A stretch of DNA of 63,078 nt, filler included, from Guillardia theta CCMP2712 (taxonomy: Eukaryota > Protista > Cryptophyta), in NCBI RefSeq assembly GCF_000315625.1. It is 4 parts of 4 records of this genome, joined end to end, with 100 filler letters (N's around TTAATTAATTAA, not from the genome) between each part and the next. Parts side by side here need not be neighbours in the genome. Positions count along the whole stretch, not along the records: positions 1 to 19,098 come from NW_005434521.1; 3 more parts are not named here. One strand, written 5' to 3'. The position numbers and the translations under genes were made by a program. The notes under the pieces were generated by a model. The model saw nothing but the letters and a program-made list of their open reading frames with translations. It was not told the origin of the DNA and made no database searches. The number at the start of each line of letters is the position of its first letter. The stretch's first letter is position 1. This document shows positions 1-12,400 of this stretch, in pieces.

Positions 1-780
1 GACTGTGAGGAAAGGCAACTGGGAAGCAGAAACGTTGTCAAACCTCCAGCTGACGTGCTCGGTAAAGCATCCCTGCCTTCCACTATCTTGCTCTCCTTCC
101 TGCCTCTGCTGACCTTTAGCAGGCACTCGACGCTTGGATAGCCCGCGAAGCTCTCTGCTATCTCGGTTTCTACTCCTCCCACCCTGACGCGCCTGACGCG
201 CCGACCAGAGACGCTGACGAGGCGACCAGCCCCCAAGGACGACTCGCTCCCCTCAGAGGTCCCTCCTCCTCCTCCTCCTCCTCCTCCACCTCCTCCTCCT
301 GAACCTCTCTCAGGCCCTGGCGCGAGGACGACTAGGCAAGGAGGACGAGGTCCCGCCGCCTCTCCCACGCGCGTACCCCCAGCAGCCGCCCCAGCAGCTG
401 GACAAGGGGGAGCCGGACATGACGCTCTACATCCCCAAGACAGACGTGCGCAAGGTCTGCTGGCCTCCTGCTGCTTCCCAGCTGACCTTAGGGCTTCAGC
501 CGGGGGCGGAGGCTCACTGGGTGTGGAGGGGGACGAGGGTCAGTAATCGGCACATCCAGACCTACTGCCAGGCAGTGCTGGGGGGCAGCTGGGGTTGCCG
601 GTAACGTGACCGTAGGTGGAACTCGAGATCGAGGACTACACAGCAGGAGGGAGCAGCAGGACGTGCTCGAGAATTCGCCTGTGGGGAGGAGAAGCCAACG
701 TGTGGGAGGCAACACAGTTGGTAAAGGCGGGAGGAGGAGGAGGAGGAGGAGGAGGAGGAGTAGGCGCTAAAGGGCAGCAG
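1..780 (+). CDS. Partial multi-exon hypothetical gene (3' part)
   Basis: Short GT...AG introns alternate with coding-like segments (GLQPGAEAHWVWRGTRVSNRHIQTYCQ; VELEIEDYTAGG). No family recognised; ends uncertain. Confidence 0.35.
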
Positions 781-1397
781 ATCAAGAAGCTGCTAGCAAG
801 GAGTCAGCTGGACGAACAGTACCTGGCATGCGGACTAGCAGTGCCAGCCTTCATCGAGAGGGTGAGGAACACAGAGACTGTCTCAGCTGATGCCTTGCTG
901 ACAGATCGACTCCGAGTCCGTTCAAAGCACCGCGCTAGTGAACACACCAGAGGTGAAACGAGTCGAGAGGATGAGGGGGAGGGGGAGCGCGAGAGCTGAT
1001 GCTCTAGAGAGCAGGTTGTGGCTTGGTCCTTCTTCCCCAAGACTTTGACGCAAACTTTCACGGGCGGACGCATGGAAATAAGAGGAAGAAGGTGGAGATG
1101 GAGGGGAAGGAGAAGAGGAAGGGGTGAGTGTTGTCGGTGCTGATGTTGGAGGTAGGGAGAGGAAAGATCGCGAGCGAGCTGCCTTCTTTGCTCAGGTGTC
1201 TCTGCTCTTCCTTCCTCCCGCCGCCTCCTCATTTCACCCCATAGGCGGATGCAGCTGAGAAAGCAGCTGACGCACTGCTGGGCCGTCAAAGGCCTGGAGT
1301 AATCATCGGGCCGCTGCCTGGTGGCTTCGATCCCTGTGTGATGTGGGACGTGACGCGGTATGAACTCTGAGGGAGGAGCAGAAACAATAAACTTCAA

Positions 1398-4300
1398 TCA
1401 AGACAGCAGGAAGCAGAGTTGACCCTCTCGCATCGCTGTGAACAACTGCTTCCTCAGCACCTCTTCGCTCGAGTACTCCTGCTTTCACGTCATCTCTCCA
1501 CTCGTCTCTCCCTCTCACCCTCAACATCTTCCCCCCGTCGCCCTCGCTCCCTCCATCCTCCATTGTCTCCTCACCGGCAGCTTCAGGTAGTTGGCACACG
1601 TCATGACTGACGGCAGGTAGTCGTCTGCTGTCAGAGGCGCCTCCGCTTCCTTCCTCACAACCTGCAACAACTTCAGCCCCTGCCCCTGCCCCTGCCCCTG
1701 CCCCTGCCCCTGCCCCTGCCCCTGCCCCTGCCCCTGCCCCTGCCCCTGCCCCTGCCCCTGCCCCTGCCCCTGCCCCTGCCCCTGTTTCTCGCTACTTTTC
1801 TTGCTCGTTTTCATCTTCTCACCGTCAGCCGTGGGGTCAGGCGCCGCAGACCTCCCGCTGGAAGAGTCGGACTGCCCCGTTAGCAGACGCAGACGCAGAA
1901 GCAGAAGCAGGGGAAGGGGAAGGGGCAGGGGCAGAAGCAGAAGCAGAAGCAGGGGCAGGGGCAGGGGCAGGGGCAGGGGCAGAAGCAGGGGCAGGGGCAG
2001 GGGCAGAAGCAGGGGCAGAAGCAGGGGCAGAAGCAGGGGCAGGGGCAGAAGCAGAAGCAGGGGCAGAAGCAGAAGCAGAAGCAGGGGCAGAAGCAGAAGC
2101 AGAAGCAGAAGCAGAAGCAGAAGCAGAAGCAGAAGCAGAAGCAGAAGCAGGGGCAGGGGCAGGGGCAGGGGCAGGGGCAGGGGCAGGGGCAGGTGAACCG
2201 CATGAGTAGACGGCGCTCGGACTTGTCCATGGTGGACATGACGTTGATGAGCCATAAGACAGGCAAGCTTGCCTCGGAGTAGCCATGGTCGGGTTGGATG
2301 GAGGCTCGGAGGGTCTCGGCGTCCCATCGCTCCTGGTCGCCTCGCACGTGCAGCTCGAGCTCCTCAGGGCTGAAAACTCGCAGGTGCCGCATCGGAAAAA
2401 CCTGCGACATCGTCAAACCCCGTCCCCTCCCCCTGCTCTCTCCCCTCCTTTCTGCCTCTCTCTTTCCTTCAGTTCCCCCTCGCCTCGTCTCTCCTCCCTC
2501 TCTGTTCACCTCATCGAAGCCCTTCTTGAACTGCTCGAACTGCTTTTCCACTCCCTCGCCCATCACCTTCTGCACCACAGCCTCCACGTATCTACTCGAG
2601 TGTCAGCTCCACAGCTCTGAAGCTCCCTCCGCTCCCTCATACTCGTGCAGGTTCGCATCCGTCACGGAAACGTTGTTGCCCTCGGGGTGTAGAAGGACGT
2701 CAGGGTAGCCCGGGCAGGTCATATCGAGGCAGAGATCCTCTATGCGGCAGGCATCGATCGTCATCTCCGACGAGGGGTTCGTCTCCCGCTGCTTGATCGC
2801 CTCCTTCATCTTCATGAGGGTTTGATACCTGACGGCATCGATCAATCTGGCAGTTCTGCCTAGCCTCCTCCCTCTTCCTCCCTCCTCCTCCCTCCTCCTC
2901 CCTCCTCCTCCCTCCTTTACAGCTTTGGGTCGATGAGAGCCAGGTCTTGGAACGTTAATTCCTGACCGACCATCTTCTTGAAGAACGCTGGCGACAGGGG
3001 CAGGTCGAGGTTTCTCTGGTCAAGCAGCGCCTTCCCCATCAGACGCCCGAGGAAGAGGAAGCAGGGAAGCGTCGCGCTTTCGTTGGCTGGCTGTAGAGGA
3101 GCTGGGAAGAGGCCGTAGGGTGCGACCACGTAGGTGTGAACCTGCTGGGCTTGCGAGACCTCGTCCACTCCTTCTTCCGCCTCGGGGGTCTTGCTCACTA
3201 ACCTGGCGACTGCCTCGCACTCCTCGGCCTCAAGCCTCACCGGCACCTGACCTGCTTGTCAGGAGAAGTCCAGCTGAAGCGCAAGGAGGGCGAGAGACGG
3301 CGAGGAAGGAGTACAAGACCTTGAGGAGCGGCAGGTGCGAGCAGGAGTTGGAGACGTGGCGGGTGACAGCCCTGTAGTCGACCTCGTGCATCACTCGACC
3401 TGATTGACTTGCGGCTTGTCAGAAGGAGCGAGCGCTCAGAAGCGACGAACCTCGTCATCTTGCCTCCGCGATTGACCACAAGATTCTGCTCTGTCCCGGG
3501 AAAGTTCACGCTACGGCACTCGGGGCACTGGAGAAGGATGTGGTCGATCGCCTGCTGGTGGGACGGGAACGCGGAGTGAAGGTAAGTGGCCTCCTCGTCC
3601 GAGAGCATCCACCACTCCATCGCCAGTGAGTCTGAACCCTTGCAGTGCTGGCACGCCCCTCCCCCCCACACCCGCGTCTCATCACACTTGTGGCATGAAG
3701 CTGCTCCATCCTCGCGGTGCTTGGTCAGCAACGTTGAGTGTCGTTCGCACCGAGGGAAGGAAACCTGGTAACAATTAGCAGCAGCAGCAGCGAGCGAGCG
3801 ATCGCTTACAGTCGTGCATGTGGAGCAGCGGAGGATGCAGATCTCGTGGAAGCCGCGGATCGTCTCTGCTTGTGCCGGGGCCTCGCCAAGACCATCGTCA
3901 GGGGATGGGAGAGGCTCCTCGCCCTCTCGCTCTCTCGTCGAGCTGCTGTCCCTCCATAGCCCCAACCTGACAGGAGGAGAACGTCAGACCCTTCGCCTAT
4001 CGGATCCGCGTGTCTCCCTCACTTGGAGTTCTGAAGCGCTTGAGCAACGAGAGTGAAGAACTCGAGTGTGGGCCCGAGACCTGTTCCCGCCTCCCCGAAG
4101 TACTCCACCTCCAAGATGGACCTGAACAAGTAAGCGCGGTCAGCAGGCCTCCAGCTGTCACCAAAGCGGAAAGGAACGACCTGTGGGAGGCGTACAACTC
4201 CAACGCTCGCATGGCAGAAGGGAGCACGCGAGCGCGGCTCACCCGAATCTTCTCCCGTTGGATTCTACTGATTCGCACCTTGACGCGTCTCGTCAGCTTC

Positions 4301-5255
4301 CACTGTCAGAGAGTCTCGGGGAGATGACCACCTCGCTAGGGCGATCGGAGGAAGAGCTTCCTTGCACCCTCTGCTGCAGCGAGTGCAACGCCCGTGAAAT
4401 GCCAAAGGCTGTGCAACTGGTGAAGAACTCGCGACATTCTAAAGGAAACAAAATCCACAAGACTCCGCCTGCAGCCACGTGAGGACAAGCATCTTGAGGG
4501 AGCAAGACCTCACCAGGTCCGAACACCAACTAGGCAGGGAGCTTGTGCATAGCATCAGAGGGTCTTGCAGTTGTCGCATGAGCTTCCACGATAGCTTCAC
4601 GTTCACAAACTCCGACGTCTTGATCTGCTGACATGCTTAAAGCTCGTTACGCCTGCCCGGCCTCCTCACCATCGGCCTACGGGGGTACATAGGCTGTCCG
4701 TCAGACAACAGCTCCCATTGATTGTTGAGGATCGAGAGAGCCCGGAGGGTCCTCAGCATCAGCTTGGTGTCAGCACTCATGCTAGCGTCGACGAAGTCGC
4801 ACTCTTCCACTAGCATGGAATACACAGCATCTTCACTCGACAGCAGCACCGTGCTGGAAGCGAAATGCAACTTGGCTTGAGCATCGGCAACTGACGGGGA
4901 GGTGGAGGCAGTTGCTTCCTCGGGATGTAGGCTCCGGTAGGTGATGGTGTGCACCTGCAACAAGTCAGCAAGGAGGACGGCGAAGGGAGCAAGACGCGAC
5001 ACCTGATCCCACACTTGACGGATGTTGTATGGGCTGGCCGAGTCCGGCGAGGAGCCCCCGACAGCCTGACTCATCAGCATCAGCCAGTCACAGAGCTCGT
5101 CAGCTGGTCATCACCTGGATGATGGGGCACTTGAACGCAACCTGACGCCCATTGGTAAAGAATGAAAGCGCTTGCACTTTGTCTCCATTAGCAGCTACTT
5201 CCCCGCCCTGCTGGTTTGGACGAGCTGGAGTAGGTCGAGTGATATCAGCAGGCGG

Positions 5256-5287
<32 letters not shown>

Positions 5288-7999
5288 TTTCATCTTCGTG
5301 ATCCAGCAATCGTCTCTCTTCCGAACGATCATCAAACCCAGCGGCGCCCATGGCAGGGGACGAGTGCTCAGCTTCCTCAGATCCCTGGCTAACCTTTGGC
5401 CAGAGGAAGTCGTGGACAGCCTTAATGGTTGCCAATGGCTCAATGAGAACGACGTTGTTTCCGTAGTCTGCGATGCCAGACTCTCCCGCATCTCTCACAA
5501 GCCGAATCTTCAAAGGCTGCGCAAGCAACTTGATGCCAGCCGTTATGTCGCCCGTAGCGTCACTCATAATTATAGGAAAAGATTCCGCCAGACTCAGAGA
5601 CTCGTTGAACTTTGAGACAAGAAGCTGCAGCGGAGCATCTTCGTCTTCGGAATTCTTCATGCAGAACGTCTTGACGAATGCCACTAAGCGTCCTGGGACT
5701 CTTTGCTGCAGCCATAAAAGCAAGCTTGAAGCTAGCCCACTTGTAAGGATCTGATAACATGACGGAGTCTCTCTTGCGCAAGAAAACAAATCTCTCAGAT
5801 CCTTCAAGACTTCTATCTCGCCTGCATCCAGTCTCTTGGCTACCTGTGAAGCCTTTGCTAGCTGCATATCGCTGCTGGCACATGCCGCCGCTGCCGATCC
5901 CGTATGTAGTTGCGTCGCTTGAAAGTGCCGGGCATGATCAAGAAGGGCATCCATAGCTGTGTCGGGGACTGCCAATTCTTTCGAGCATAGTCGATTAACT
6001 TCATGTACAACTCCTTCCCTGGCAAAGTGAGGAGCAAGCTTTTCCGGGAGCTTCTCTAAGAGCATCTCAGCAACAATAAGAGCCAAACCAGCAATTGCAG
6101 GTCTTCCTGTAGCGATGAATCCTGAGATGTAACCGAGAAGCTGTGAACCATTTACAACTTTGTACAACTCATCTCTCTGCAAACTGGCCAAAAGTTTTGC
6201 AACAGCCGAGAGACATGTAATCCTCATTGCGTCATTTACAATCGTTACAGAAATATCTACAAGAATTGGATATAAGAGCTCGGAATACTCCACAAGGACT
6301 CCTGGATTCAGTTCAACAAAGTTGTTCAATTGTGAGAGTGAGCCTTCGACCCCGTACAGGTCTTGAGTCATATCCGTACCATGCGAGATGTCACGCACAA
6401 ACTGAGTTACCCGGTCATCCGTCCTCAGCGGTGGCAACACCTCATTCGCAAGCATCAATGTGTGCAGCAATTGCTCCATCGGTCGATGCACTGCGACTGC
6501 AGTGATCAAGGCATTCCCTCCCAGCTTTTCATCCTCCTTTCGTATAATGTGGAACACAGTTTGAACAATGTTTTCTTTCAGCAACGATATTGCGATACTC
6601 GATGATCCCCGGCAGCATATGGCGAGCGTCTTAACGACCAAGGTATAAGTACCAGTGGTCAGGCCTCTGCTTTCACGGTCGCCGGGTCTCAGCAGAGATA
6701 AGAGCCGAAGCAGTGCTCCGTACGAGGAAATTTGCTCCAGCTGCACTGAGGATTTTGCAAACGAATCAACAAGCCGGGAAAAGCAAATACAAGAGCTCTC
6801 AACAATTTTTTGATCCGAATTAGAGAGGAGGAAAGTAAGATTCTGGAGCATGTCTGAGACATACACAAAACTGTCTCCAGACATATTACGACAAATATTC
6901 GCGGCAGTCATCACTGCTGTTCTTTGAGTATTGATATCGAAAAAATCGATGAAAGTTAACACAGCTGACAAACCATTTGCTTTCATTATCGGCTCTGGGT
7001 GCTCGATAGATAATTTGTGAATTGCCAACAATGACTGTTCGGCAACATCGATAAATTCAATGTTCAGGAGCCTCTGACAAAAGATAGGAACTGCCCCAGA
7101 AGTGACAACCTTCGCTGCGGACTTAGGGAGCACTTCAAGCATATGTGTAATAGCTCTGCACGAGAGAAGCATGATCTCTGGGTTGTGCTCCGCATTGAGC
7201 AATTCAACAAGAACCTGAAATCAGTGAGTGAACGTCAGCGTGCGCGGAAGGAATGGACCGGTAAAAATGAGTCCACATTGAAGCCGATGAGAATATCTTC
7301 TTGCCCCATAGACAAGACCTAATGACAAGTCATCATGGTCGTGATACCAAAAAATGCTGCAAACCTCGCAAATTTCTGTCAAAGCCTCCATTTGCTTCAC
7401 ATCGTTCCCATGATCCTTCAGATAGGAAAGCAATTCCTTCATCCTTGCTCGACCTTGTTGCATGAAAGCAATGTCAGCAAAAGAAAAAGATTAGAAGAAC
7501 AAAAGAGAAAATCAGACATCATTTTAGAAAAATCAGTCGTCAACCACACCATCAAGCAACATGCGTCACACGAGTATCTCTTACCGCTTGCATTCGGCAA
7601 CAAATCTTCCATCCCGTTTCCGAGTCTCCTCAGCAAAGTCTGGAGAGCACTGCTTGTGCCCGAAAGCCTACTCTGAACATCATCAGAATCTCCAGCCCTG
7701 CGACATGACGAATCAGAGGAAGGCTTGTGTGAAGCGGTGACAGCTGCTAGGCGACAAGAGCCTCAATCCCCTTTGAGACTAAGGGAACACTCACCCAGAA
7801 GACGCTGACATTTCTGACGGACCTGAAGCTCTCAAATCAGGATGAAACAGGAAAAAAAATGGCACTCACAGACGAGTCCAGACGCTCAGAGGGTGGGGGT
7901 TGGGGGGTTAGAGAAAAATTCACTGCAATGGAGGATGTTGTCAGCTACACAAATCAAAGCGGTACTTGGTAACTCCGCGTCGAGCTGAGAGCTCGACAT
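1398..7999 (-). CDS. HECT E3 ubiquitin ligase, UPL3/TRIP12/Ufd4 family (ARM repeats + HECT), multi-exon
   Basis: [19 protein letters not shown]; ARM region ([22 protein letters not shown]); HECT motifs [63 protein letters not shown] (stop 1398-1400). Start codon uncertain. Confidence 0.93.
1677..1783. repeat. (TGCCCC)n hexamer array in a HECT intron
   Basis: About 18 perfect copies seen directly. Confidence 0.95.
1885..2192. repeat. Mixed (GCAGAA)/(GCAGGG) hexamer array in a HECT intron
   Basis: Seen directly. GCAGGG units are the reverse complement of the 1677-1783 array. Confidence 0.95.
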
Positions 8000-8699
8000 C
8001 TAATGGCTTGAAACTATCTCTACAGCCTTGTCCAACGACTTGAAAACAAAAGAAGCTCTTGCTCGCTCGCTCATTTTTGTGCATTGGGTTGCAGGGCCTC
8101 TTGCACGTTGTACTCTCACATTGTGTTGCATTGCCGTCATGAAAACAACAATGCTCATCCATTTCGTGATGGCTCAGATTGTACCTTCAACTGAAACATC
8201 TCAGATATTCCTTGTTATGCTCATGCTCTTCTCTTGTGAACCCCTGCTCCATGCTGTTGCTCCTGTTACTCCGCCCCTTGCGCTCCCTCTCTCTACCTCT
8301 CCCCCTTCCCCTCCCCCTTCTACCTCTCCTGCTTTCCCTCCCTCCCTCTACTTTTCCTACTTCATCTCCTCCTTCTACCTCTCCTCCTGCTGCTGCTTCG
8401 CTGCATTCTCTTCCTCTTCTTCCTTCCGCCGCAAGCAGCATGCCCACCTCTTCTGATCTGCCTGCAACCCTTCCCTACCCCTACCCCCTACCATACGATC
8501 ATTTTAGGAGCGGCGAACGCGGTAAATTCGATAGAGTTTTATTAGTATACCGTACATTTTTATAGCAGGTATACTTTTATAGTATATTTATAGAATATAT
8601 ATATATCATTGCATATTTTTATTTTGTACCAATATTGTATGGTAAAAAGTTTTTGATCCCGGTACAACCGTTGAACAAAAAAGTACGAGGGGGACGCGA

Positions 8700-9495
8700 A
8701 TGTGTCCAACAGGCTCACGGATGGACGGAGACGCTCAGCTAGTGAAGGCTCCAAAGCTCGGGCTCCGAGTCGTCCAGCGGCATCGCCGGCTCCTTGTCGG
8801 CGGCCGGGCTGCCCTAAGTTCTCCGTCCGCGGCCTCCCAAGACGACTTACGTGTTTCAAGGCGCCGGGCCATGTAGGCGGGCATGTGTGACGAAGAGGAG
8901 GCCTTCCTGACTCGCGGCCGTCTTGCTAAGGTCCTCTCATGTCTGGATGCTCGGGTTTCACATCCTAGCATACAGTCTATCTCTCATGTCCTCCTCAATT
9001 CTGGTTTCGTGTGCACTGCATCGGGCGGCCATTAGTTAAACTCGGTCTTGAGCAAAAACTGAGTCTTGTTGCAACTAAGGTCGATATCCGATGATCAGTG
9101 ATGCCGTCTGCATTACCGTTTGGCACTGGCAGTAGAAGTCCAACAAACTTGTGCTCCGCCGATTATGAGCCTCGATTACATGCTCAATCATGTTGATCTT
9201 ATGTTTGGTTAGTCATAATGTTTTTCTGGAGTTTTTCTGCCAGTTCGGGGTATTGTTTCGTTACTGTGAAAATTCATGTAACTTGGCAATTCTACTATGA
9301 TCAAGCCTTACACATTCGGATGATTCTTCTCCAAGGCTCTTCAATCAGGCTCTCTCTCTACTGAGCCGCAAGTTGTTTAGGCCTCTCATCCCAGCCACAA
9401 TTTGTTTGATTGATCTTCGTCGAAATAGGAAAAACAAGCCTTTCCGGGCCAGCCAGATTGGTCGGTCGGCATATGATATTGTTAATTCGATTCTC
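8700..9495 (+). repeat. Degenerate retroelement fragment plus a duplicated flank segment
   Basis: About 8785-8835 resembles the element tail (ctccttgtcggcgg..ctgccc..ttctccgtccgcggcc). About 8885-9150 resembles 18370-18590. About 9260-9495 resembles 17503-17730. Confidence 0.75.
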
Positions 9496-9499
9496 CGAC

Positions 9500-12400
9500 G
9501 CCCGGGGTCCTTGGGCCGCGTGACTGCTGCGGCGGCGTTCATAACGCCGCTGAGGCTAGAGCGATCCTCGGCCTCAGTGCTGCGGCGGATGGCGCGGGGA
9601 TCCCACCGCCGCCGCCTGGACTGGTCTTGTTTTTTGTGTGTGTTTGTGCAGCTTCTCGCTGTGTTGTGCACATGCTGCTGGTCCGAGCTCGCCTGCCTCC
9701 GATGCCGCCGCCGCACGCGGCCCCGGTCCCTGGGCACCGTCACGGGTGGTGTTGGTCTCGGCTACCGCTGACTCGGAGGCTAGTGATGCATCGCTGCCCC
9801 AGGCGGACCCCCGGGCAGCGCCGGCTCCTTGTCGGCGGCTGCCCTTTCTCCGTCCGCGGCCGCCCGCTTTGCGGCGGCGGCGGACGTCTCGACTGAAACT
9901 TCATTCGGCCGCCTCCGGGTATCGCGTCTAAGGGATTTTATTCCTCCTGCATGCTCCTGCTGCTTGTTGCTTGATTGCTTGGCCCTTAGGCTGCTTGTCT
10001 GCGCGGCTTCGCGCTTGGGCTGGCGATGCCGCGTCTGGGTGCCAGCAGTGCTGGTTCTTTTCGGGCTTGTGTATTGTGTGTGTTTGTGCAGCTCCTCGCT
10101 GTGCGCTGTGTGCCAGGAGGTTTAGCTTGTTCCTGTTTGTTTTGCTTGAGGCACTTTTTACCTTCTGCCAGTAAATCCTATGCGATACACATCCCTGGTT
10201 TGCGCGCTCTCGTCGACTCGTCTCATGAGCACTTCATTCCTCCGCCTGCGCAGCGAAATGTGACCCCTCTTGTCATGCGCGTCTTCCCTCGCCATGTGCA
10301 TGCTCGCGCTGCGCTGACCGATCAGCAGCGTGATATCCTCACCTTGCACAGCCGCAGGACACACTCGCTCAAGTCACCTTGCACAGCCGCAGGACACACT
10401 CGCTCAAGTCGCAGGATAGGGTCTTGCAGTCTACCATCTTCGCTCATTTTACTACCCCGACCTCAGCCACTCTCCGATGCGAGTCTCGAGCTACTACCCC
10501 CTCAAGGCCTTCCCGCACCGCTATGCTCAGATGCTCGACTGCTATCTCCATGGCATGCCGATCTGCCAGTGTCCGACGGAATGTGATGGATGTCAGCGCG
10601 AGCTCGATCCCTCCGTTGCTGCACATCATCTCCAGACCTGCATACGCCGATCCTCCAAGCTTCCCACGGCGCATGACAACCTTACTCGTACGATTCGGTC
10701 GATGCTGAACGAAGCTGGTCTTCAGAGCGTCATCGATACAGTCGGGGATCCTCGTTCTCGACGGCAGGTACCCTCCCATCCTCATGGCCGCAAGATGAAG
10801 GGCGATATCCACATCCCTGGAATCCGCGATCGAGGGTCCGAGCAGTACGAGGGCTTGATGGCGGACGTGACGTTGGTCCACCCTTACATTGGTAGCTCTG
10901 CCGACCTGACCAAGTGGGGGGAGGTCAACCTCGACGCCCTCCATGTTGCAGCGTCTGAGAAGATTCGCAAACATCGCGCTGCATATGCCATGACTACTCC
11001 TCCTCGAGCGTTCATCCCTCTTGCCATCTCGACGGACGGTACCCTGCATCCTGACACCCTCCGCTTCATCTGGTATCTCGCGGACATCATTGCTCAGCGC
11101 TCAATGCCTCTTGAGGATGCGGCGTTTGGTCGGCACTTCGTGCCTGATGACGGACCTGCTGCTGAGGTCTTGGCTCGCAAACGCGCCGCCACCTATCAGC
11201 GCCTCACCATGCAGCTGACGCTGGAAGTGCTCTTGTCTGGTGCGAGGCGCATGACGCCCTTGCGGGCGCAAGCACTTCTCGAGCCAGAGGACAGCTCCTC
11301 CTCGGACTTTGTCGAGTCGCCCGAGGAGTCTTCGCCGGAGGTCTCCGACTCCGATGGGGGACACCCTTCGAGTGGCCCCGACGATCGGCGCGGAGCTGGC
11401 GAGGCGTCTCCGTCCCTCACTGTGACGTCGGGTGCCTCCGGAGAGCTCGACACCACTGGGGTGCTTGCAGCTGGTCCGAGCTCGCCTGCTTCCTCCCCGG
11501 CAGTACCTCGCCGCGCATCCCGACCTGCTAGAGTTTGCGAGGTTCAAGCGGGAGCTTCCGCATAGTCGGGGAGGGGACGAGTTCACGCCCTCTGAGGGTC
11601 TACACCCCGCTGTTTACTATACGGCTATCGCTCGCTTCCTCGCTTGGTACTCTGACCAGCCCATGTCCCGGACCTTGCCCTCTCCTCATAGCCTGGACGT
11701 TCACTGCTCGAGATCTCTCCGTGCCCAGAAGCATCCTCTGGCGACCTTCTTCGTTGAGGCGCACGACTTCGTTCATAATGCTGGAGCGATCCTCTACCGT
11801 CATGTCAAGGCTCCTGCACCGGCTGCAGATGGCGCGGCGATCCCACCTGCCCCGGCTGCTGTGCCTGATGACCCTTGGCATAGGAATTATTGGCAGAAGG
11901 TAAAAAGTGCCTCAAGCAAAAAAATGCAGGAACAAGCTGAACCGGCAGGCACACAGTCCACAGCGAGAAGCTGCACAAACACACACAAAACACAAGCCCG
12001 AGGATGACGCAGGACGCCCCCCGGCATCTGTGGTACACATCCCTGGTTTGCGCGCTCTCGTCGACTCGTCTCATGAGCACTTCATTCCTCCGCCTGCGCA
12101 GCGAAATGTGACCCCTCTTGTCATGCGCGTCTTCCCTCGCCATGTGCATGCTCGCGCTGCGCTAACCGATCAGCAGCGTGATATCCTCACCTTGCACAGC
12201 CGCAGGACACACTCGCTCAAGTCGCAGGATAGGGTCTTGCAGTCTACCATCTTCGCTCATTTTCCTGAGCGAGACCTGAGCCACTCTCCGATGCGGGTCT
12301 CGAGCTACTACCCCCTCAAGGCCTTCCCGCACCGCTATGCTCAGATGCTCGACTGCTATCTCCATGGCATGCCGATCTGCCAGTGTCCGACGGAATGTGA

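Noticed and set aside
1521-2327. Poly-CP/RS/AP ORFs
   Set aside because: These are translations of intronic hexamer arrays.
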